From contig NC_057731.1 of assembly GCF_004010195.1 (NCBI RefSeq), positions 6,524,477-6,588,476 of the forward strand: DNA of 64,000 bases, written 5' to 3'. The position numbers were made by a program, and so were the translations under genes. The stretch comes from Chiloscyllium plagiosum. Taxonomy: Eukaryota. Shown one piece after another: positions 38,740 through 49,538 of this stretch (position 1 is the stretch's first letter; each line of letters starts with the position of its first letter). The notes beneath the pieces were generated by a model. It was given only the letters and a program-made list of their open reading frames with translations. It was not told the origin of the DNA and did not search any database.

Positions 38740-39233
38740 GTACTTGTTCTTTCTTACTGTGACAATTTAACAATGTAACGCTTCCTTGTTCGAACCCATC
38801 ACTAACGCACTGACTTCACTTCCATCCTGCCTGCCCGGGTCCTGCTTGCTGTACCTGAATCCTTGTAAACCATTAACCTGAACATGTGAAGGGCTGGAAT
38901 CATACTGAGTGTGAGCTGCTCACACTGCTTGCTGGTGGTGACGGGAGAACATTAATCGTCGGAAAACTGCAACTCGACTTAACAAACCTTTCTATCCAGC
39001 GGCATCATTACAGTTAAACATTAACATGTGCTCTTCCATGAGAGGCTGTGAATGCATTTGCCAGTATTGCTTGGAAATGCTAAGCTCTGGGTAGACTTTT
39101 CAAGAAACTACCAATCTTCAGTTTGTATTTTGGAAGGTGGCATTTCTGAAAGAGTGAACTTAAACAATGCTGCAGGTGAAATTAATGCCCTTAGGGTCAA
39201 GTTCACCTGAAAGCACACCTCCAGTTAATATCA

Positions 39234-39537
39234 TTGTGGAAGCAGGTCATTCAGCCCATCGAATCCACTCCGAGACTTGCTCTATCCCTGTATTCCTGCA
39301 TTTCCCATGGCTAATCCGCCTAGCCTGTATATCCCTGCCCATCACTATGAGCAATTTAGCATGGTCAGTTCACCTGACCTTGCCACCTTTGGATTATGGG
39401 AGGAAACCGGAGCAGCCGGAGGAAACCCACACAGACACGGGGAGAACGTGCAAACTCCACACGGACAGTCACCCCGAGGCTGGAATCGAACCCAGTTTCC
39501 TGGCGCTCTGAGGCAGCAGTGCTAACCACTGAGCCAC
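39234..39537 (-). mobile_element. HE1-type SINE
   Basis: Reverse complement of head, V core and tail. Confidence 0.88.
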
Positions 39538-39641
39538 TTTGCAGCTCAGGCCTTAGCCATATCCTTGAGCTTGTGAAATTTGACCATCTCAAGTGTTCTG
39601 AGTTTGACTGTCCCTGATAATCCCGAACTTGACGATGCTCT

Positions 39642-40003
39642 TTTAAATTCTCTCATGGGGTTTGGGCATCGCTGGCAAGGGCAGCATTTGTTGACTGTCC
39701 CTAATTGCCCTTGAACTGAGGTCAGTCATTTCCCAGGGCAGTAAGGAGTCACCCACATTGCTGTGGGTCAGGAGTCCCACGTACGCCAGTCCGGGTAAGG
39801 ACAACAGATTTCCTTCCTTAAAAGGACATGAGTGAAGAAGTTGGGTTTTTGCAATAATCAGTAATCATGGCCAGCTTTGCTGAGGCTACTTTCCTCTTAA
39901 GCTTTATTTGTTTAAATTTCAGTGGCTGTTGTGATAGGAATTGAACCCTTTCCCCACAGTATTCACCTGAGTTTCTGGATTATAATTCCCGAGACATTAC
40001 CAC
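39642..40003 (-). mobile_element. tRNA-derived SINE (second family); head interrupted by the solo LTR
   Basis: Minus strand gtggtaatgtc...gggttcaattcc head; body homologous to 23312. Confidence 0.65.
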
Positions 40004-40239
40004 TGCGGAGATTGTAATGAGGTCAGCCAGCTGGGCATCACAGAATGAGAGTTCCCTGACCGAGGGCTGTTAATCTGGTCCAATCAGGGAGCCCTGGCTG
40101 ACATAAAGGGATGTGCTTAAGGGATATTGAGCCCCTGAGTGTCTGACTCCGTGAAAGGCAGTGCTGTTGTCAAAAGCTACGCTTTTGCAAATAAAGGATG
40201 ATTGGTGATGACATGCTGGCCTCTAAACAGCCATTTCCA
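40004..40239 (+). mobile_element. Solo LTR (236 bp)
   Basis: TG...CA ends; 5-bp TSD ACCAC (39999-40003 / 40240-40244); CCAAT, TATA-like and AATAAA in order. Confidence 0.78.
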
Positions 40240-40680
40240 ACCACTGCACTGAGAGAAAATGGGTGATGTCACATCATAGCAATATCTCACCAGCCCTGGC
40301 TTGATCTTCAGGTCTGAGGGAGGTCTGAACCCAGACTGATCCTACAGTCATAGGGCTCAATAGCTGAGGTAGCCACTGACACATTTTACACCAATGAATG
40401 TTATACCATGAGTGGCCTCAAAATCAAAACTGGAATGTAAAGGGGCAGGAGTGACTGAAGCACATGAATTGGAATTGGCCTGATGATTGCTTCAGTTATT
40501 GCCATCCTTTTCTGAATGAGGCCCTCAAATATATTGGGCACAACTATTTATAGATGTAGACAGAGGCTGATGCCACCTTCAGCTGTTGGCAGCCACCTGA
40601 ATCTTGGTCTAACCCAGTGTAATGTTACACATCATTTGGGAACTGAAATTTGCCATGGCTGTGCCCACTTTGTCGAACAG

Positions 40681-40830
40681 ACCCCACCGCTCCCATTTCT
40701 ACTGCAAGATAAGCAATTAAAATCACTGTAAGGATTTCGGATGCTGATTTTAAAAACCCCACCGCTCCCATTTCTACTGCAAGATAAGCAAATAAAATCA
40801 CTGTCAGGATTTCGGATGCTGATTTTAAAA
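40681..40830. repeat. 75-bp direct tandem duplication
   Basis: 40681-40755 vs 40756-40830, 2 mismatches. Confidence 0.92.
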
Positions 40831-42941
40831 ACGGGGTGGGGAGGGCAGGCTGATGGAATTCATAGGGTGACTGGACAGGAGCAGTTGCTCCCAAATGGGC
40901 AAGAAGGGGCTATGTATATCACGGAAGCACACACTGTCCACGTGAATCCAAATGGAAATGGGCAAGATAAATATGGGTGACAAGTAGAGTAAGGTATGTA
41001 TTGTTCTGCAATTCAGCATGTACAAAGTAGGAAATGTGTTAACCATCTTCAAGTGAAGTATTAGAAATAAGGATTGAGTTATGGAAATTGTATTGTAGGT
41101 TTAGTTGGAGGTACTGCAGGAAGGAATTTACAGAACAACATCACAAGGGGTTCCCCAAGTGATGACCAGTGAACAACAGTGACACTCCAGATTGACCTTG
41201 GAATTGTTGGTCATATTATAAACCAGCAGCATCTCTCTTCAAAGTTCCCAACATTGCGACTGAGGTTTTGGTCATGGTTCATGAGGAAAGTTATTGTTGG
41301 TTGCTAAGAAGGATGGGCGTCATTGACATAAATCCCAGAATCGTTCCTACTTTCTGCAGCCGTGCAACACTCCAAGAACCCGGTGTTCCTCCAGTTCTTC
41401 TCTGCTGGGCAACCCTGCCTTCCTTCAGTCATGTCATTCCTTCAGATGTGTAGCTCTAAGCTCACTGTCTCTCCATATCTCATTCCTCCTGTAAGACCTA
41501 TTAAAAACCCACCACTTTGATCAAGCTGTTGGTCCTAATGTGACTTCTAGTGGCCTAGTGTTTACATGTTATAGTCTGATTTGTCGTGTATAATTAGCCA
41601 TTGTCTATGAGAAGCCATTGGAATTTCTGGTCACTGCAGTTCTGTGCACCGTTGTCATGCCCTTGTTTTGTTTCTGACGTTCTCCACTCATCTAGCCCTC
41701 CTCCAAACTGGACCTGCTCTTTCCCCACCTTTCACCCTCTATTGTCACCAACACCAGACTCTTGGCTTTTCCAACAGTCATACTTTCTGTAAAGCCACGC
41801 CTTCACCTCAGTCAAAAGCCTGTGAGATGCTGAAAGTCCTGCTTGTCTGGCTACTCTGCTGTGGAATGGTTTCCAACATGTATCAATGCAAGTAATTGTT
41901 GCCACTGTTCTATTTCCAGACACATTAATAGGTGTGGTGGTAGGTTGGCCACAAACAGTTCAAACAGGAGCGCAGGAAGTCTTTGTAAAAATTAACTGAC
42001 TCACTGCACACAGAATGGTGGATTCAGACCAGAATTCATGATGTGGAGAGTCCTAGCCGGTTGGCACTCACCTGGGCATGTCCTCACTACACCCGTTGTC
42101 AGACCTTTCTCCACAAGCACAGCCTGTGAAAGCCATTGGCTGCAAGTCATCCGATTGTCACAATCAGACTTGTATGTTCAGCTACTGCTCATGTCACTGG
42201 GGGCTCTCTGACTGACAGAAAGAAGAGTCATTTGCTCATGCTCCGACCCTGCCCCATTGCCAAGCACTCCCCTGTACTGCCACCTTAAGGGAGATAGAGT
42301 GAGACTGTTCCATTGCCTTGAAGGCCATCAAGGACATTAACTGCATGCTGGAGCACAATGTCTGTGTAGCTGCAGTGTGAATGCTTAAAGTGTGACCCGG
42401 GACCTATGTCTCTCAGCACTCAGTGCAGCTTGCTCCAAGACCGTTACAATGAGAGACTACCCCCTGGATGTGAGTCATAAAGTCCTGTGCAAGGCTTCAG
42501 ATCTTGTAAAGTGTCACACACACTACCAAATGACTCCAAAGATAGTAATTTTGTGCAGGAAGCCTGGGAGGTCTGAAGCTAAGGGGTTGAAGTTCAATGA
42601 TCAGCTTCCACATGTTGCAATGCTCTGATTCGCCTGTTGCAATGCTCCTCACTATGATGCACATCCCAGCACTGGGGATTTCAATGAGTGCCACAAATTG
42701 CTAGCTCCTTCTGTGGCCTTGAAAGCAACAACATATTCTCCTTGTTCACGAGACGTGAACATTGCTGGTGAGGACAGGATTTAATGCTCACTAGCTAAGT
42801 GTCCTGGAGAACTTCACATGCAAGAGGAGGCAAACAAGATGATATTTCCTCCATTTCTAACTCATGTTTTGGTTTTGTGCCGTTGGAATTGCTGGGGAAG
42901 ATGGTGAAGGAGTCGGAATGATGGACTAATATCAATTCCTG

Positions 42942-43062
42942 AGGAGAAAGTGAGGTCTGCAGATGCTGGAGATCAGAGATGGAAATGTGTTGCTGGAAAA
43001 GCGCAGCAGGTCAGGCAGCATCTAGGGAACAGGAGAATCGACATTTCGGGCATTAGCCCTGT
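42942..43062 (-). mobile_element. Short Penelope-derived insert with perfect 16-bp TSD
   Basis: ctaatatcaattcctg at 42926-42941 and 43063-43078; truncated inside hammerhead stem II. Confidence 0.85.
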
Positions 43063-43597
43063 CTAATATCAATTCCTGTCTGAAAACAGCTGCTGTTTAC
43101 TCATCCCAATTTTATCACTGAAGGCAGACTCCCCTGTGTAACCAGCACTCAGTGCTGCTTTGTCACTTGGAGTTGCTAAAACAGAGTGCAGTTTTACAAA
43201 TATATTCTCACAATGTGGAAAGCTGCACTGATGGAGAACCAGTCAAGGTCTCTTGAAGCCCAGTCACAAACCACAGACAGAGTTCTTGATGTGTGGGAGG
43301 GCAAACTCAGGCAGACTAGTCACTGGGACAGGCGTTTGGTGTCATGTCAGGATCCAGTGGATCTATATTACAGGCAATGCTGCATCCAAAACCCTGAATG
43401 GCTAGTCACTTCCCTCCTGCTGCATGTGTTTAGGAGCCACCACTGGTATTCCTGACTTAAATCCTCTGGTCAAAAAGAATTCCGCACTTGGTCTTTCCAA
43501 GTCTGCTGCGTGTAATCCTGCCTTGAATAGTAAATCACACTTTTGGACTACCATTCACCAGAAAATTAACCAACTCAGTTCTATCAATATTCTGTTC

Positions 43598-43882
43598 GGC
43601 ACGGTGGCACAGTGATTAGCACTGCTGCCTCACAGCGCCAGAGACCCAGGTTCAATTCCCGCCTCAGGCGACTGACTGTGTGGAGTTTACACATTCTACC
43701 CGTGTCCGCGTGGGTTTCCTCCCACAGTCCAAAGATGTGCAGGTCAGGTGAATTGGCCATGCTAAAATTGCCCGTAAATGGGTAAATATAGGGGTATGGG
43801 TGGGTTGTGCTTCGGCGGATCGGTGTGGACTTGTTGGGCTGAAGGGCCTGTTTCCACACTGTAAGTAATCTAATCTAATCTA
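43598..43882 (+). mobile_element. HE1-type SINE (young subfamily)
   Basis: Head, V core, (taatc)n tail. Confidence 0.92.
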
Positions 43883-43884
43883 AG

Positions 43885-44335
43885 CATAGGTCAGAGATTA
43901 GGAATTCTGCAACTGTAACTCACCAAAGCCTGTCCACCATCTCCAAGATGCAAGTCAGGAGTGTGATAGAATACTCCCCATTTGCCTGGATGGGTGCAGC
44001 TCCAACAACACTCAAGAAGCTCAATGCCAACCAGGACAAAGCAGCCCACTTGATTGGCACTGCATTGCCCCACCTTTAATGTTTGTTTACCCCACCACCA
44101 ACACAGAGCGTACCAAATACAAAATCCGCTGCTGCCATTTGCCAAGCAACCTTCAAAAGCACTTGCTGAATTGGCAACCTCCGCTAGATGGAGGTTTTAG
44201 ATACATTGAAGATCACCCTCTGAAAGTTCCCCTCCAAGCTGCACACCATCCTGCCTTGGAAATATATTGCAGTTCCTTCACTGTCACTGACTCACTGGAA
44301 CTCCTTCCTGTTAGCACTACGGACTATAGCAGTTC
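43885..44335 (+). mobile_element. LINE 3' fragment (second family)
   Basis: QVRSVIEYSPFAWMGAAPTTLKKL-like. Confidence 0.7.
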
Positions 44336-44349
44336 TAGAACATGACTGG

Positions 44350-44760
44350 CTGCAAAATCTGTTTGGGTGTTGTGGTGTACATGGGTTTCCAAAAAGCTTT
44401 GATGAAGTGCCCCATAATTAGCTTGTCCCCAGCACTGAAAGCCTTGAATAAAAGGGAATGTGCTGGCAAGTCAAAGTTGACTGGGGGATTGTGCACAAAG
44501 TAATGGTCCAGACTAGGGATACTACAGAGTTCCCTAGGAGTCAGTACCAAGGCCAGGGCTTTACTTGACATTTGTTCGTGACATAGATTTCAATGTACAG
44601 ACCACAATTTCAAAATTTGAACATGACTTGGAAGTACAGTGAGGAGGATAGTGGTAAACTTCAAGAAGGACAGAGACAGACTGATGGCTGGGTGAGCTTG
44701 TGGCTGTTGCAGTTTAACACAGAGGAGTGATGTGTTGCGTTTTGCTCAGAAGAACGAAAA
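44350..44760 (+). mobile_element. Highly decayed CR1 RT fragment
   Basis: YMGFQKAFDEVPI, ISKFE-like motifs. Confidence 0.55.
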
Positions 44761-45429
44761 GGAAAACAAACAATGGTATTATTCCAGTTGACTGCTGCTA
44801 GCATTTTGTGGGATATGCCAGCGCGATCAGTATGTGGTACTGGGGAAGGGGAGTTTGGGTTAGTTCACAATCCACCTTTGTCTTTTCTTTATCTTGGGCC
44901 TGTCTAGTGAAAAGTGGTAGAGGATGCACCACAGTGGAATATCGACAGAAGAGGCACCATTCTTGATTAATAAATGGATTTACAGCTTGATAGCAAGAAG
45001 TACAACCACATTAGGTCAGGCATTAGTCATAGTACCTTAGGGAGTTGGTACAGCCACATCTGCTCCTTCTGAAAGCTGGAGTAGAACCTTCCACCTCCAC
45101 TCACAGACTGTGCAAAACTTTAATAGAATCAGTGGAATCGATGTAACAGGAACATAATCCCTTTGGAACCAATCCCCTCTCAATAACAGAAACTAAAGGC
45201 AACTTGTTGGCTGATACTTCACCTGAAGCCTTTTCTTGGTAACTTTTCCCAATGCCTTTCATTCTCTGGGTCCCAATCCCACCTCAACTGGGTCTGGAAT
45301 CAAACCAACATTGTTGCGATTATTCTGAACCACATGTTAACTATCTCGCCAACTAAGCCGCCTTTGAAACTTAAAGGATACATTTAGAAAAGGGAGGGGA
45401 AGAGGAGGGAAACCAATTGTTTAAGGGGG

Positions 45430-46032
45430 CAGGGCAAAATGTTGTTGAAGAGCCCATTAGGATCCTGGGCTTTATAAATTGAGATAAAATACAAGAATGA
45501 AAAACGTGGTCGTAGACTGAACACTTCATCCACCAACTTCAGGAAGGTTAAAGAGAGGGTGTGGAAAATTAACAAGGGTGAGGGACTAAGTTACAAATGC
45601 AGATTGAACAGGCAAGGGCTGCTGTCCTTGGGGAAGAGAAGGTAGGAGATTTGACTGAGGTCTTTAAAATCATGACAAGTCTAGAGTGTGAAGGAAACGG
45701 TTCCTTTCAACAGAAATATCACAAAGAAGAGAACACAGATTTCTAGTGAATGGGCAAAAGAGCCAGCAGCCACATGAGAATGTATATTTCACACCCTGAG
45801 CTATCTGGGTGTGGAATGCATTACCTGAGAGTGTGATGGAGGAAGCTTTAAACATGGTTTTCTGAAGGAAATTGGAGAACCACTAATGGCTGGAGGACAG
45901 AGTGAATGTAAATGTTTTGCGTTTACAGGGCAGCGACAAGACAGTGGGTTGAGCTAAATTTCTCTTTGGAACAAGCCAGCTGGACTCTATAGACCAAATG
46001 GCCTCCTTCTGTGCTCTAGCCATTGTGGTTCC
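45430..46032 (+). mobile_element. Highly decayed CR1 3' fragment
   Basis: DLTEVFKIM, VWNALPESVME motifs plus tail. Confidence 0.6.
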
Positions 46033-46197
46033 TTACACTGTATCCCTCCATGACATTGCCATATTTCCCCACCTCCAGCATTCCCCAGCCTTACAACCAG
46101 GCAGAGATCTCGGTGCTCTTGCTTTGATGCCCCAATGGTGGCAGTGTCCTGGATCCTAAGCACTGGGATTTCCACCTGAAATACTCTCCACCACCAC

Positions 46198-46235
46198 ACT
46201 CTCTCTCTCTCTCTCTCTCAATCTCTCTCTCTCTT
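46198..46235. repeat. (CT)n microsatellite
   Basis: Interrupted ctctct run. Confidence 0.9.
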
Positions 46236-46809
46236 TCTTGAGGCTGTTTCTTTCTATCTCTTCCTTTTGCTCCTCCATCATAATATCTCTTCATCAAGGC
46301 TCAGTGACAACTCTTGTTTCATAATTCTCACATGAAGCACCCTGGGGACATTTTTCTAATTTACAGGTGCTATGTAAATGCACATTGCTTTGAACTGAGG
46401 GACAAAACCAGGTGGTGATGGAGTGATATGTCACATACAAGTCGGAGCAGGGCTCGGGCATTTGGTCCCTTAAATCTGCCCTGACAATCTGTACACAAAT
46501 GGTTAAACTGCCTCAACTATTTCTTTCATGCCAACTCAGCATAGCTACCAGCTCCGGAATATTTTGAAAGATTATCTCATCCTCTTTAAACATTCAGTGA
46601 TCGAAAAGAAATTCCCAGATGGTCGGTATGGACTCAATGGACTGAATGGCCTGCTTCCGCACTGCAGGGATTCTGTGATCTCAGTTTTAAATGAGTGTCC
46701 CCTCATTCTGTAATGAAGTCCCCTAGTTTGGGATTCCCTAGCTAGTGGAAGTGTTTCCTCCACATTTAGCCTTTGGTAGTTGTACCAAACTGATTGACAA
46801 AGTGTTCTT

Positions 46810-47200
46810 TGCAGGAATTAGGAGTGGGAGTAGGCAATTGAACCCTTCGAGCCCACTCCGCCATTTAACATGATCATGATTGATCTTATCCTGGCCTCAA
46901 CTCCACCTTCCTGCCTTCTCCCCATAGCCCTTTGTCCTGCTTTCCATCAGAAACCTATCTATTTCCTTCTTGATTCTGTTGATTTGATTCTGCCTCCACT
47001 GCATCCTGGGACAGAGACGTCCACAGATCCACAGCCCTCTGAGAGGAATAGTTTCTGCTCAGCTCAGTTTTGAAAGTACCTCCTCTCAGTCTGTATCTAT
47101 GACCTGTTGTTTGAGACTGTCCCACAAAGTGGGGAGCAACCCCTTTGGCGTTTTATATTCCTCAATCAGATTCACCCCCCCCCCATTCTTCTGAACTCCA
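46810..47200 (-). mobile_element. Decayed CR1-type LINE 3' end
   Basis: aggagtgggagtaggcaatt..cccttcgagcc tail in reverse orientation. Confidence 0.55.
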
Positions 47201-47395
47201 GCTAGTGTGTGTCCACATCTCTCCTCATTTGACTTTGGAAGAATAAAGCAGCTGGAAAATTGATTGAGGGTTGCCAATGTTCCAGGAGCAAACAATCAGT
47301 CTCTAGATGCTGCGGTGTGGAGGAGAAACGTGGCCACGATCATTAAAACTGATTCATCTTGTTATTTTCTTTGACCATTTGTCTTTACCGGACTG

Positions 47396-47706
47396 TGGTA
47401 CAGTGGTTCAGTGGTTAGCACTGCTGCCTCACAGCGCCAGGGACCCGGGTTTGATTCCAGTGTGGAGTTTGCACATTCTCCCCTGTGTCTGCATGGGTTA
47501 CTTCCGGGTGTTCCGATTTCCTCCAACAAGTCAAAGCTGTGCAGGTCAGGTGGATTAGCCATGCTAAGTTGACCACAGTGTTCATAGATGTGCAGGTTAG
47601 GAGGATTAGCAGGGGTTACAAGGGTGGGTAAGAACAGGATGCTGTTTAGAGGGGTCGATGTGGACTCGATGGGCCTAATGGTCAGCTCCCACACTTTTCG
47701 GGATTC
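47396..47706 (+). mobile_element. HE1-type SINE
   Basis: Head plus V core. Confidence 0.85.
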
Positions 47707-47989
47707 GAAAGGACTGAGAGTGAAGGTGGTGGAGCCTGCTATCTGTACAGCATTTAAGAATTGGGTAATGCAACCGATTGGCCTCCAATATTTCAGCGTG
47801 TATCAGCTGAGCAATGGTTGGAAAGCCAGCCTCATCATGTGAGGAAGCTTCCAGGAGGATGTTGAAACACAGTTGATCTCCCTAAATCTCAATCTCGCAG
47901 GCTTTCACATGAGAATGACACCGAGCATGTTCGGGATGGGTGGCTTTCAGTTGGTGGACATCCCAAAATAAGGAAGGGCTGAGGTGGGA

Positions 47990-49490
47990 TTGGGATTAAT
48001 TTGGGAGACAACGAGATATTATCCGAGAGTTGAAATCACTGCAGGGCCGTTTCCTTGTTGTTTTCCAATGGAAACGCCAGCCCAGCACAGCAACGGGGCG
48101 GAATCTGCGTTAACCCGGATAAATATTTGGAGTGGGCAGCTGCTGAGAATTAGACTTGTCTGTGAGTGATGCATATCCTGGTGACTTCATTGCCCCCCAC
48201 CCCCCCTTTCAGAGTGTCTTTGTTTGAGTGTGGAACATCGGTGTGAGACAAGCAAGTATCCTTTTACAGAGTAGGGGAGGCTCAACTCAGTGCTGACTAA
48301 TTCAGAAAATATGTGCACTGCGATTGGGGTTCCTGCGCACACTTGGGAACTGCTGTCTTTTGTAACCCCCCTTCTTCTCAGTGCCCCCCTCCCCTTGTCT
48401 GTCTGTCTGTCTGTGTGCTTTATTTCCTTCCCCAGTCTATAAGATGCACAGTGCTGTGTCTGAGAGGTAAGCACGCCCCCCAGCTCAGCTTGTGTTGTTG
48501 AGATTTGGAGGCAGTGTATCCAGCGCTCGATCGCCAGGGAAGGGAGGGTTTTTAAAGGGGGGGGGGGGGGTGGATTGGAAGGATCAACTCCAGGAGCGAT
48601 CACCAGGTCAGAGGGTAGGGCGGGGGGTGAAGAAACAAAACCGGAGAAGAGTTTTTGCAGCTCGCTGGGGGAGATGACTTCCCGAACGTGTAAGGGTCTC
48701 TCTCCCTGTCTCTGTCTGTTCTCTCTCGCTGTGGAGCTTGCAATTGTGGAGTGCTCCGGGCTTATTTGCAGGTTTGGGTGGAAATGTGATTTTGCAAAGT
48801 TTGTAATTTTGTTACTGACTGTCCAATTCTTGCAGTCCCTGTCCATTTCCTAGACTCTATGTGTGCGTGTCTAATCGAGTAGGGTGTGTGAGCATGGAGC
48901 TACTTTGAAAACTTCCAAGTTTTTTCCAAGATGCTCCGTGTCGACAGTGAAGACATTCCCACATTAATCCAGCTCTGTGCATGAGATTCACCCCCTCCCC
49001 TCCCCTCCCCTCCAAGTCGGTACTACAGTAATACTCCCAGAGGCTTCTGAACACATCTGAATCTGTTGTTGTGTGAAATGTGCCCCCCCCCCCCATGCAG
49101 TCTGCAACCTCCGAGGGCTCCCCTCCCGATTCCAGCTGATTGCAAGTCCCCAGTGCTGACTCAGCAGTAATACGCCCCCCTCCTCCATCCCACCCAACCC
49201 GAACCCTGGTCCTGCACACAGCCCTCAGCGATATCCAGCAAAGCAGGCACCAACCGGCTCGGAGTGAAAGCTGAGCTCCGTTTAGTTTCCCAGGCATCAG
49301 GTGGTTCAAGGTCGGTGGAAGGCTGTTTGTTCGGATTCACTGCTCGGTCAGAGTGGGAGGGACAGTGCAGACGGGCAGATCGGTCTGGGAGGGCAGGGTA
49401 ACTGTGAGAAACCACCGAGACAATGGCCAAGCAGAATGGAATCCTTCTGGACAGATGGCCAATAGCCAGTCAGGACCAATATAAATACTG
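47990..49490. promoter_or_regulatory. TE-free GC/CpG-enriched island with G/C runs and GC boxes; candidate internal ANK3 promoter
   Basis: GGGGCGG(A) near 48094, GGCGGGG near 48619, long G run near 48557, CCAAT at 49459 and 49476, TATAAATA at 49480; located just before the exon where short ANK3 isoforms start in mammals. Confidence 0.4.
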
Positions 49491-49538
49491 TCCTTCAGAA
49501 ACGGAGGCAGAAATCCCAAGGACAGGAGACTCTTCTGG

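Noticed and set aside
48427-48438. LPQS across the cryptic acceptor resembling the recalled mammalian MALPQS start
   Set aside because: No in-frame ATG, and cttccccag is simply a typical acceptor; likely coincidence
48187-48846. 219-aa minus-strand ORF, plus the neighbouring 150-aa ORF
   Set aside because: No recognisable domain; expected in GC-rich low-complexity sequence
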